From Gemmata obscuriglobus (GTDB lineage: Bacteria; Planctomycetota; Planctomycetia; Gemmatales; Gemmataceae): 32,000 nucleotides of DNA. The position numbers were made by a program, and so were the translations under genes. Below are positions 16,041-24,270 of the stretch, in pieces. Below the pieces are notes generated by a model that was not told the DNA's origin, ran no database searches, and worked only from the letters and a program-made list of their open reading frames with translations. Each line of letters starts with the position of its first letter. Position 1 is the first letter of the stretch. Location: contig NZ_CP042911.1 of the NCBI RefSeq assembly GCF_008065095.1, positions 5,820,001-5,852,000 on the forward strand. The letters are read 5' to 3'.

Positions 16041-18941
16041 ATGGACTTCACCGTATCAAATGGGTCCGGCGATCGCAATGAGAGCCCGAAAGAAATCACT
16101 GTCGATTTCGGCCCCGAGGCAGCCGACACCGAAACTGTGGGTCAGGGCGGTGCGGCGCGGGCAGAACAGCCCACCGATGGCACCAAAAAGCCCGAACTGC
16201 TGCCGAACCACCGGGCCGAACTCCGGGCGTCCGGGCTGACGGACGAAACGGGCACGGCGAATGGTGTGTACTCCGAGTCCGACCCGAAGGAGGTCGCCGC
16301 GCTCATCAATTGGAGTGTGACCCGCGCCAAGTTGCTCGGGCCGGTGTTGGTGTACCCGCATTTCGACCGCGACGGGCGACCGCTGCACCACGCCGCAGTG
16401 AAGCCGGACCGCCCACGTGACCGGGCGGACAAGCCCGGGAAGGTGAAGTACGAGAACCCGCGCCAGCGACCGAACCGCTTGTACGTTCCTGCGGGTGCCC
16501 GCGGCGCGCTGGGCGAGCCGACCGCGCCGCTGCTCGTTACTGAGGGGTGCAAGAAGGCGCTGGCCGCGACCCAGCACGGGTTCCCGTGCGTGTCGCTGCC
16601 CGGCGTCTGGTGCTGGGTGGCGCCGCGCGAGAAGAAGAACGGCAAGAAGGTCGGCAAGCTCGCGCTCAACCACGACCTGGCGGGCGTCGCATGGAAGGGG
16701 CGCCGCGTGTACATCTGCTTCGACAGCGACGCCGCGTCGAACTCCGATGTGGCCCGAGCCGAGAAGGCGCTCGCGGAGGTGTTGATCCGCCACGGGGCCG
16801 AGGTACGGGTCGTGCGGTTGCCCGCTGAACCGGACGGGGCCAAAAACGGGCTCGACGACTTCCTCGTCCGTCACGGCGCCGAACGACTCCGTCAGATCCT
16901 CAACGCCACCAACCCGGCCGCGAACCCAAAGCCGGAGGCGGTCCCCATTGATGCGACCGCATTCACCGAAAGCGGGTACACCGCGGTCCGCGGCAACACG
17001 TTCCACTGCGTGCTCGCGCGGGACGAGGACACGGACGAGTTGGTGGTCGCCAAGAAGACCAAGCTGGCCAACTTCATCGCTAAGATCGTGGGCGAGACGG
17101 TCACCGACGACGGGACCGAACAGGCCCGCGAGTTCGCGGTCCGGGTGGAACAGGGGCACAAGCCCGCGCGCGTCGCTGGGGTGCCGGTGGAGCGGTTCGG
17201 GGCGCTGGACTGGGTGGTCGAGAAGTTCGGGCCGACGTTGGTGATCCAGGCGGGCAGCGGGAAGCGCGATCACCTGCGGTGCGCGATTCAGGAGATGAGC
17301 GGGGACGACATCCCGTCGGCCACGGTCTACACACACACCGGGTGGCGCGAGATCGGCCGCCGGTGGTGCTACCTGCACGGCGCGGGTGCGATCGTCCCGA
17401 GTGTCCCAGGTGTCCCGGTTTCCCCATCGATAGATGTGCGACTCGACGGCGCGGCCTCTGGGTTCCAGTTCCCGGCGCCGCTCGCCGGCGATGCGCTCCG
17501 GGGCGCGGTTCGCGCCTCTCTGGGGTTGCTCGACGGGTTGGTTCCCGACGCGGTCGCGTTCCCGCTGGTCGCAACCGTGTACCGCGCGGGACTCGGTCCC
17601 GCCGACTTCGCGCTCTGGCTCTCGGGGCTGACCGGTGCGCAGAAGAGCGAACTCGCGGCGCTCGCCCAACAGCACTTCGGCGCCGGTATGACCCGGAGCC
17701 GGTTGCCGGGGAACTGGGCGTCCACCGACAACGCGCTCGAAGGATTGGCGTTCACCGTGAAGGACGCGGTGCTGGTGATCGACGACTTCGCCCCGCCGAC
17801 CTCCCGCGCCGACGCGGACCGGCAGCACCGCACCGCCGAGCGGCTGATCCGCGGCCAGGGCAACAGCGCCGGGCGCCAGCGGATGCGGGCCGACGGCACG
17901 CTGCGCCCGCCGAAGCCGCCGCGGGGTCTGATCCTGGCGACCGGCGAGGACGTTCCGCGTGGACACTCGATCACCGCTCGGTTGGGCGTGGTTGCAGTGC
18001 GGCGCGGGGACGTGAACCTTGCTCGCTTGTCGGCGTGCCAGAAGGACGCAGCGGACGGGTTACACGCCGCCGCAATGGCGGGGTTCATCGCGTGGCTGGC
18101 GCCGCGGTACGCAAATGTCCGCGGCGGCCTTGATGCCGAGCGGGTTCAACTGCGGGACCAGTTCGTGGGTCAGTTCTCGCACGCTCGCACCCCCGACATC
18201 ATCGCCAACCTGCTGCTCGGGTTGCGGTATCTGCTCGCGTTCGCGGGGGACATTCAGGCCATCGACCGACCACAGCGCGAGGAACTGTGGCGCCGTGGTG
18301 AGGTCGCGTTCCGGGCGCTGGCAGGCCAGCAAGGTGAGCACCAGCGAGCCGCCGACCCGGTGGCCCGGTTCCCGGAGATGCTCGGGGCGGTGCTGAGTAG
18401 CGGGCGCGGGCACCTCGCGGGGCCGGACGGCAAGGAACCTGGCGCCCCGCCATCGGTCGCGGCCTGGGGCTGGGATGCTCGCGAGAGCCGCACCGGGTTC
18501 GGCGAGGCGCGTGTGAGCTGTCAGCCGCGCGGGCGCAAGATCGGGTGGGTTGCGGGTGAAGAAGTGTATTTGGACCCGGACAGCGCGTTCGCGGCGCTGT
18601 CGGAACTGGCGCACGAACAGGGACAAGCGTATCCGGTCACGCAACAGACCTTGTACCGGCGGCTCAAAGAGAGCGGCGTGCTGGTGCGCACCGACGGCGA
18701 TCGGACCGCTTACCCGGTCACCCTAGAGGGCGTGCGCCGGCGCGTGTTGGTGCTGGCCGCCGACTTCCTGCTGGGGAAACCGGGACAACCGGGGCAACCG
18801 GGACTGGCCAAGGGAAATACCGGCTCGTTTGTCCCGGTTGTCCCGGTTTCGGGAACAGGAGGCGGTACCGAGAGCACGAACGGTCGACACGCACACGCGG
18901 ACGAGTTGTTTACGAACGACGTGGAGGTGTTCGCCCCATGA
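16041..18941 (+). CDS. Toprim-domain (DUF3854-like) primase / DUF927-like ATPase replication protein
   Basis: Toprim signature: LLVTEGCKKALA (Glu, ~16539), ICFDSDAASN (DxD, 16722-16730) and NGLDDFL. The central region contains YTHTGWREIG. A P-loop-like GLTGAQKS lies at 17625-17648 and a Walker B-like VLVIDDF at 17769-17789. Confidence 0.75.
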   Translation: MDFTVSNGSGDRNESPKEITVDFGPEAADTETVGQGGAARAEQPTDGTKKPELLPNHRAELRASGLTDETGTANGVYSESDPKEVAALINWSVTRAKLLGPVLVYPHFDRDGRPLHHAAVKPDRPRDRADKPGKVKYENPRQRPNRLYVPAGARGALGEPTAPLLVTEGCKKALAATQHGFPCVSLPGVWCWVAPREKKNGKKVGKLALNHDLAGVAWKGRRVYICFDSDAASNSDVARAEKALAEVLIRHGAEVRVVRLPAEPDGAKNGLDDFLVRHGAERLRQILNATNPAANPKPEAVPIDATAFTESGYTAVRGNTFHCVLARDEDTDELVVAKKTKLANFIAKIVGETVTDDGTEQAREFAVRVEQGHKPARVAGVPVERFGALDWVVEKFGPTLVIQAGSGKRDHLRCAIQEMSGDDIPSATVYTHTGWREIGRRWCYLHGAGAIVPSVPGVPVSPSIDVRLDGAASGFQFPAPLAGDALRGAVRASLGLLDGLVPDAVAFPLVATVYRAGLGPADFALWLSGLTGAQKSELAALAQQHFGAGMTRSRLPGNWASTDNALEGLAFTVKDAVLVIDDFAPPTSRADADRQHRTAERLIRGQGNSAGRQRMRADGTLRPPKPPRGLILATGEDVPRGHSITARLGVVAVRRGDVNLARLSACQKDAADGLHAAAMAGFIAWLAPRYANVRGGLDAERVQLRDQFVGQFSHARTPDIIANLLLGLRYLLAFAGDIQAIDRPQREELWRRGEVAFRALAGQQGEHQRAADPVARFPEMLGAVLSSGRGHLAGPDGKEPGAPPSVAAWGWDARESRTGFGEARVSCQPRGRKIGWVAGEEVYLDPDSAFAALSELAHEQGQAYPVTQQTLYRRLKESGVLVRTDGDRTAYPVTLEGVRRRVLVLAADFLLGKPGQPGQPGLAKGNTGSFVPVVPVSGTGGGTESTNGRHAHADELFTNDVEVFAP

Positions 18942-19366
18942 ACACCCGCGACCTAATCACAGCGCTCCGGGGGCGAGGCTTCCTGCTCGCGGTGGTGGAC
19001 GGCAAGTTAGCGGTGCGACCGGCGACCAGACTCGCCGCGGCTGATCGTGAGGCCATTCGGCGCAACTTGCCGGAGTTGGTCGCGGCGCTGGCGAACGAAT
19101 CGCTGGCGCCCGCAGACATGAAGTCCCCGACCGTTTCGGATGCCTGGGACGGTGACCTCGCGCACCGGCTCATGTACACCGCGGACACGCTGGTGAGTGA
19201 ACTCGGGGTGAGCGGATGCCGCACGACGGTCCAGGACGCGGCGGAAGCCGTGGTTCGCGCCCACGCGGCCGAGAACATGACGGAGTTGCGACGCGCGGTG
19301 TCGGTGTTCGTGACCGTGGTTCGCGGTCTGGGCGCGCGCTCTTCGACCGAAGCCCGCGCCGGGTGA
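18938..19366 (+). CDS. Hypothetical protein with TubC_N-like N-terminal motif
   Basis: The start overlaps the upstream stop (ATGA at 18938-18941), with GGAGG about 10 nt upstream. The N-terminus LITALRGRGFLLAVVDGKLAVRPATRLAAADREAIRRNLPELVAAL resembles the TubC N-terminal docking-domain pattern. Confidence 0.6.
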   Translation: MNTRDLITALRGRGFLLAVVDGKLAVRPATRLAAADREAIRRNLPELVAALANESLAPADMKSPTVSDAWDGDLAHRLMYTADTLVSELGVSGCRTTVQDAAEAVVRAHAAENMTELRRAVSVFVTVVRGLGARSSTEARAG

Positions 19367-19824
19367 GCGGCCGGAGGCGTTTTGCGGCAGAATTGTGCCG
19401 CGAAATGTTAACCCCGCGTTTCGCCGCGAACGGCTGTCAGACAAGGGTTTTACAACACAGCGTGCGATTTCCGGGCGCGCTCTTGCCCAATGATTTGGGT
19501 GAAACCGGTCGGGCGCTCTGAGGGAAGTTCAGCGGTAGCATGCACTGGCGTACTTGTCGGTGGCATCATTAAGTGGATTTGGGATCTTCTTGGATTCCAA
19601 CGGTGCGGTTCTGCGGAATCCGGGCGGAGCGTGTCGGCGAGTACGGGCACCACGATCGCAGCGAAATCCGGAGCCCAACCCAAATGAACCCCATTCGGCC
19701 ATGCGGAGAGGCCACCGAACGAGAAAAACCTTTGAAAGCGCCGCTTTCCGCGAGAGCCCGACCGGTTACACCCAATTCGATTCCCGTCACTCGCCGAATG
19801 AGCGCCAGCGGCCTTGGTTCGTCG

Positions 19825-20391
19825 CTAGCCATTTGCTCCAACGATAACAGCCGCCGAGGCGGCCACGTTAACTTGTTTCTTCGCAATGTTCACCTGAAGC
19901 ACCGGGATCGCGAGTTTGCGCACCTGGGCGAGCGTCTTGACCGCCGCCAGGAACCGGCGATTGGCGGCGTCCATCCGGTGCTGATGGAACTCGGCTTGCC
20001 GGAACGACGTGTCCTTCTGGCCCTGTGCGGCGCGCAGCTCGGCGTCCTGCACTTGAAGCCAGCACGCCACGACCCGCTCGACCAGCACCCGCTCCACGGG
20101 CGTCGGGTTCTCGCCGAGCAGCTCGGCCCGGAGCAGTTCCAACTTCCTCAGCACCGCCTCACGGAAGCTGACGTTGTCGCCGGCCATCGCCCGGGTGAAC
20201 GACGCGACGACCTCGTGGGCCAAGTCGCCGCCGAACAGGTGGACGCAGGCCGGGTCCTGCAACATCTTCCGCACCACCGGAGCGGTGCTCTCATCGCCGG
20301 CGTGGGTGCGCTTCAGCAGCGCTCGGATCTCGGCGGCCGTCTTCGGCAGTTCGGGCTCTGCCGGGGGGAGCGGCTTCGTTGCGTCAGCCAC
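19825..20391 (-). CDS. Hypothetical protein (188 aa from GTG 20391; alternative GTG 20412)
   Basis: The minus frame has GC-rich third positions and balanced composition, whereas the antisense + ORF is Arg/Gly/His junk. GGAGGA lies 7 nt upstream of GTG 20391. The start overlaps the upstream gene stop (GTGGCTGA). Confidence 0.65.
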   Translation of the reverse strand: MADATKPLPPAEPELPKTAAEIRALLKRTHAGDESTAPVVRKMLQDPACVHLFGGDLAHEVVASFTRAMAGDNVSFREAVLRKLELLRAELLGENPTPVERVLVERVVACWLQVQDAELRAAQGQKDTSFRQAEFHQHRMDAANRRFLAAVKTLAQVRKLAIPVLQVNIAKKQVNVAASAAVIVGANG

Positions 20392-20683
20392 GCTTCTTCC
20401 TCCACGCGCCACGTTTATGTTGGTGAAACCCGGCCGCGACCAGAGCCGCCCGGACCAGTTCGTCGGCCCGTGCGTTCAGTTCGTCCAGAGGCGCGTCGAG
20501 TCCCGCCAGTCGCTCACGCTCGGCGTGGGCGTCGGCTCGCTCACCTTTTCGCCGGTCGCGATCGAGGGCGTCGAGTTGGGCGGCCAGTTCGCCGACCGGT
20601 CCGCTACCAACATATTCGCGGACGACGCGTCGACCGACGCGGCGGGATCGCGTGTAGTACAGGCCGCCCTTGTCCCAGCCCAT
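20384..20683 (-). CDS. Hypothetical protein (99 aa), basic N- and C-termini around a coiled-coil-like centre
   Basis: ATG 20683 is the start. The sequence MGWDKGGLYYTRSRRVGRRVVREYVGSG...ELAAQLDALDRDRRKGERADAHAERERLAGLD shows good codon bias. It appears translationally coupled to the downstream 188-aa ORF. Confidence 0.6.
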   Translation of the reverse strand: MGWDKGGLYYTRSRRVGRRVVREYVGSGPVGELAAQLDALDRDRRKGERADAHAERERLAGLDAPLDELNARADELVRAALVAAGFHQHKRGAWRKKRG

Positions 20684-20980
20684 TTCTGTTACACCTCGGC
20701 ACGTGCCCCGCTTCGGCGGGTATTTGATTGTACCCGTTTGCTCATGCCGCGCAAGGTGAGCAGGTCAGGGGCAGATGCACCGGAGTGCCAATTCCCCCAG
20801 AAGAACGAGCAACCGGCACCTGACAGAAGCATGCGGCCTACTCGAAATCATCACAATCGACCAATCCCCCGAAAATCGCGCTCCTTCCCTTCCCCAAGGC
20901 CGGTTTGGGCGATTAGATGTGTGGGTCGGCGCGTACGGTCACACTGCGACCGCGCGGATCATTCACGCGATTCTTGATTC

Positions 20981-21910
20981 ATGCTCAGCTTCGCCCGCCC
21001 GGTCCTCGAACGCCTGCGTAGCTGTGGCGTCCGCCACTGGCTCCTGTTCGACGCCCTGTGGCTCGCCCACCGTGCGCCCGAGCCGGTACCTCGGGCGGAC
21101 CTCAACATCGACATCGGCGTGGACGCGAGCGATTTCTCCGCGTGTCGGGACATGCTCCTGGCGTGCCCGTCGTTACCCGATGAATTACCGAACGGGCGCC
21201 GCGCCGATCCGAATGTGGTCTCACTGGCGCGAGCCGACGGCCGGTGTGTGCGGTTGTGGCGCACCGAGCGCCGCGGGATCACGCGCGTGATTGCGTGCGC
21301 TCCTGAGCGGTTCGGATACGAGTTCCATTTCTGCGGGGCCGAGGAGCTATCGGTCGCCGGGCATCCGGTCGCGGTACCGCGATACGCACCCCAACTTCTC
21401 GATCACTGGTACGGTGCGGGCTGGCGCACGTCCCACGCCCCGCCCGCACTCGCCTCGCACCCGCCCGCGGCTCGCTCCGAACTGCGGGTCCTCATCGACG
21501 GGGTGTTCGACCTGTTCCACGTGGGCCACGTGCGCCTGTTCGCGCGGGCCAAGGCGTTGTACGGCCACGTTACCGCCGGGGTGATCGACGACGCCACCAC
21601 GGCCACCTACAAGCGCTGGCCGGTGGTCCCGCACGAGCACCGGGTGGAGGTGGTGCGGGCGTGCCGGTACGTCGATGCGGTGATCCCCCACTACCCGCTC
21701 CGGACGCCCGTGGCCGCACTCGACGCCCTCGGGATCGACTACCTGATCCACGGGGCCGGCGATCCGGCGTTCCTCCACACCTACTACAGCCATCTGATGG
21801 CGGCCGGCCGGTTCCACACGCTGCCCGAGTTCGACGGGTACCACACCACCGACCTCATCGCGCGGGCCGGAACCACCGTTCTACCTGCGGAATCGGCATT
21901 CGACGGTTGA
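20981..21910 (+). CDS. Fusion protein: degenerate LicD-like domain + cytidylyltransferase (CTP_transf_like; TagD/CCT/ECT-type)
   Basis: The C-terminal half is RVLIDGVFDLFHVGHVRLFARAK (HxGH at 21518-21529), VVRACRYVDAVIP and GYHTTDLIARA (RTxGISTT-like). The N-terminal half aligns by eye with the LicD domain of the next gene (LLFDALWLAHR....PRADLNIDIGV, ...LLDHWYGAGWRT), but the DDDID acidic cluster is replaced by ADLNID. Confidence 0.7.
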   Translation: MLSFARPVLERLRSCGVRHWLLFDALWLAHRAPEPVPRADLNIDIGVDASDFSACRDMLLACPSLPDELPNGRRADPNVVSLARADGRCVRLWRTERRGITRVIACAPERFGYEFHFCGAEELSVAGHPVAVPRYAPQLLDHWYGAGWRTSHAPPALASHPPAARSELRVLIDGVFDLFHVGHVRLFARAKALYGHVTAGVIDDATTATYKRWPVVPHEHRVEVVRACRYVDAVIPHYPLRTPVAALDALGIDYLIHGAGDPAFLHTYYSHLMAAGRFHTLPEFDGYHTTDLIARAGTTVLPAESAFDG

Positions 21911-21995
21911 GGAGTCGCGACGGGCCGCCCCCCGGTCGCCGGCCCTGACGCGCAACGGCTTCCCTGGTCTCCCTGAATCCACTCACGAGAACCGC

Positions 21996-23093
21996 ATGGC
22001 CCGTTTACCCGAGCAGCACGAGGCGCTCGACCTCCTGACCGAACTGGACCCGTTCCTGGCCCCGCGGGCGGCCCTGTTCTGGGGGAACCTGTTGGGGGCG
22101 GTGCGGCACGGCGGGTTCATCCCGTGGGACGACGACATCGATCTGCTGCTGCCGCGGTCGGACGTGCCCGCCCTGGAGGCGTTCTGTGCGGCCCGCGGGA
22201 TCGGAATCGTTCACCACAAGGCCCACTTCCTGAAGCTGTTCCGACGCGACGGGGCGGTGTGCCGGCCCGACCTGCCGTGGCGCTGGCCGTTCGTCGACGT
22301 GTTCCCGTACGACGTGTTCGGAGGCGAGGTGCTGACGCGGTTCGCCAACCGCGTGTACCGGTTCCCGGCGCCACAAGTGCTGCCGTTCCGCCCGGTCCTG
22401 TTCGAGGGGACTCCGCGACTCGCGCCGGCGTGCCCACTGGCCGTGCTGCGGAGCCTGTACGGCGACTACGGCACGTACCAGATCAAGACCTACGACCACC
22501 GGACCGAGCGGTCGGTGCCTCTGGACGAAATCGTCGAGCGGGTGAACGCCGCGCACTGGCGCCAGACGCCGCCGACGGGCGAGTCGCACTCCACGTTCGC
22601 GCCGGTCGCGGCAGCGGCGTTCGCCAGGGGCCAGGGGCGGGTGATCGATCTGGGCAGTGGGTCCGGCCGAGACGCCGCGTATCTGCGGGCGCAGGGGTTC
22701 GAGGTGGACGAGTGCGACCCGCATACCGGCCGCGGCGGGGACGCATTGATGGCGGACCTGTCCGGGTACGGGCGCATGTACTGTCGTTGGCTGCTGCACA
22801 CCCTCTCGTCCCGGCAGCAGTGGGCACTGCTGCGGCGACTGGCAGAAGTCCGGCCGGGAACCGTCGTGTGTCTGGAGTTCCGTGATCCGGCGGACGCATC
22901 TGCACTGACGCCCGTGTCCAACGACTCGCGCCTGTTTTTCGACGACGGGCACTTCCGCTGGCTGCTCGGAGCCAGTGAGGTAATGTCGGTGCTAGGTGCT
23001 GGGTTTAGGGTGCTCCACCACACGCTCGGCCGGTTTAGCTCGACGCCTGCTAGTGACCCGGTGCTCACCCGGCTCAACCTGCTCAAGCCATGA
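21996..23093 (+). CDS. Fusion protein: LicD-family phosphotransferase + class I SAM-dependent methyltransferase
   Basis: It carries the canonical LicD motif GNLLGAVRHGGFIPWDDDIDLLL (DDDID at 22128-22142) and LRSLYGDYGT. The C-terminal half has MTase motif I VIDLGSGSGRD (22641-) and an acidic post-I EVDECD. Confidence 0.75.
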   Translation: MARLPEQHEALDLLTELDPFLAPRAALFWGNLLGAVRHGGFIPWDDDIDLLLPRSDVPALEAFCAARGIGIVHHKAHFLKLFRRDGAVCRPDLPWRWPFVDVFPYDVFGGEVLTRFANRVYRFPAPQVLPFRPVLFEGTPRLAPACPLAVLRSLYGDYGTYQIKTYDHRTERSVPLDEIVERVNAAHWRQTPPTGESHSTFAPVAAAAFARGQGRVIDLGSGSGRDAAYLRAQGFEVDECDPHTGRGGDALMADLSGYGRMYCRWLLHTLSSRQQWALLRRLAEVRPGTVVCLEFRDPADASALTPVSNDSRLFFDDGHFRWLLGASEVMSVLGAGFRVLHHTLGRFSSTPASDPVLTRLNLLKP

Positions 23094-23139
23094 CGATCTG
23101 CGCTGCGACAGATTGATTCAGCGCGGCAGAACAACGAGA

Positions 23140-23487
23140 CGATATGGTGGGCTGGAACGGGCAACACGGCGGCGCGATCGTGCTCGAACCGAGTGCCCAC
23201 TGACAACACGTTATCACCGCACGCGGGTTCCCGGGAGGCGAGGCGCTGCCGGAGCAGATGCGCGCTGAACGCGCCGAAATCCGTCACGCGGGGCACGGGT
23301 GTCGCCCACTGGCGCTCGAGATCCTGCACTCGCTTCTCCACACCGGGCTTCTCGGTCGGGGTCGCGGGCATGCAGAACCGAGGTGCGAACGTGTCGTGGC
23401 TCGCCAGCACCGCACCCGCCCGGTCGATCACGTCCTTGACGAGTTGTTTACCTTCGGGGTTGGTTTCTCCACCCCGAGGGTTTTGCG
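23140..23487 (-). pseudogene. IS21-family IstA transposase fragment (internal/C-proximal piece only)
   Basis: The minus-strand translation ...GKQLVKDVIDRAGAVLASHDTFAPRFCMPATPTEKPGVEKRVQDLERQW...GTRFEHDRAAVLPVPA matches the IstA region ...P.T(K/E)KG.VE...RF..ER..LLPLP. There is no N-terminal HTH/DDE part and no istB. It abuts the LicD gene on one side and IS66 tnpA on the other. The ends are approximate. Confidence 0.5.
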
Positions 23488-23868
23488 ATGAACGAGTTTG
23501 TTCTTCCGGTCGATGTGACGAGTACGCCCATTGGTCCGGGCCGCCCGTCTCGGCGCGATCCGGCGGCCACCCGGCAGAAGTGGGTCGAGCGGATCGACCG
23601 GTTCCGCACCGCCGGCGTTACTGTCGCACAGTTCTGTCTGGCCGAGGGCGTCTCCGTCCCGGCCTTCTACCAGTGGCGGCGGACGCTCGCGGCCGAGCGC
23701 GCTACCGAACCGGCCGACCGGCTCACCGTCGTCCCCGTGCGGGTCGCGCGTCCCACGTCCGGCGTCGAGGTCGTGCTCACCTCCGGCGCGATGCTCCGCT
23801 TCTCGGCCGACTGCGATCCGCAGCACGTCGCGGCGTTGCTCCGGGCGGTGGGAGCAATCCCGTGCTGA
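23488..23868 (+). CDS. tnpA: IS66-family accessory protein TnpA (Orf1)
   Basis: The motifs RQKWVERIDRFRTAGVTVAQFCLAEGVSVPAFYQWRRTL and the tail VVLTSGAMLRFSADCDPQHVAALLRAV fit the IS66 Orf1 pattern. The stop overlaps the tnpB start. Confidence 0.8.
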   Translation: MNEFVLPVDVTSTPIGPGRPSRRDPAATRQKWVERIDRFRTAGVTVAQFCLAEGVSVPAFYQWRRTLAAERATEPADRLTVVPVRVARPTSGVEVVLTSGAMLRFSADCDPQHVAALLRAVGAIPC

Positions 23869-24224
23869 CCATACCGCCATCGGTCAAGCTGTGGTACGCG
23901 CCGACGCCGGTGGACTTCCGGCTCGGGTTCGACGGGCTGTTCAACCTGGTCCAGTCCCGGCTCAAGGCCGATCCGCTGTCCGGCCACCTGTTCATTTTTC
24001 GGAACAAGACGGCCGGCCGGGTGAAGGTCTTGTACTGGGGCGGTCACGGTCTGTGCTTGTGGTGCCAGCGACTCGAAGCCGGGCGGTATCACTTTCCCGA
24101 CCCGGCCGAGGCGACCGACGCGGGCGTCGAGCTGTCGGCCGCCCAGTTCGCCATGATCCTCGACGGCATCGACCTGTCCCGCGTCCGACGGTTCAAGCGG
24201 TTCACGCCCGCGACACCCCGCTGA
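23862..24224 (+). CDS. tnpB: IS66-family accessory protein TnpB (Orf2)
   Basis: The GTG 23862 start overlaps the tnpA stop. The sequence VKLWYAPTPVDFRLGFDGLFNLVQSRLKADPLSGHLFIFRNKTAGRVKVLYWGGHGLCLWCQRLEAGRYHFP is the classic IS66 Orf2 sequence. Confidence 0.85.
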   Translation: MLTIPPSVKLWYAPTPVDFRLGFDGLFNLVQSRLKADPLSGHLFIFRNKTAGRVKVLYWGGHGLCLWCQRLEAGRYHFPDPAEATDAGVELSAAQFAMILDGIDLSRVRRFKRFTPATPR

Positions 24225-24270
24225 CACTTTTCGCTGGCCGACCCCTCACGCGGCGGTCATCATCGCGGGC

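Larger units (their letters stand above)
11723..19366. mobile_element. Minimal core of a tRNA-adjacent integrated element (integrase, orphan, DUF1580-like HTH, Toprim/ATPase, small protein); right boundary not identified
   Basis: The integrase gene starts 126 nt after the tRNA 3' end. Five co-oriented genes have short gaps or overlapping stop/start codons. Replication and excision-type functions are present. Confidence 0.55.

Noticed and set aside
19776-19795. TTCGATTCCCGTCACTCGCC, a tRNA T-loop/acceptor-like string that might be an attR remnant.
   Set aside because: No complementary 5' T-stem precedes it, and it differs from the 3' end of the tRNA at 11650 beyond the generic TTC(A/G)ATTCC core. 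A 9-mer of this kind is not improbable by chance in 64 kb of two-strand sequence.
20790-20810. GTGCCAATTCCCCCAG and, at 26025-26050, CATTCCCACACCAC, as possible direct repeats of the tRNA 3' end (TTCAATTCCCACCCCCGC).
   Set aside because: Only 8-11 nt are shared and the matches are interrupted. This is too weak to call att sites without a computed alignment.
22490-23139. Continuation of the 313-aa minus-strand ORF into the LicD/methyltransferase gene.
   Set aside because: IstA-like similarity stops near 23150. The remainder is antisense read-through of the + strand gene, which has clear LicD and MTase motifs.
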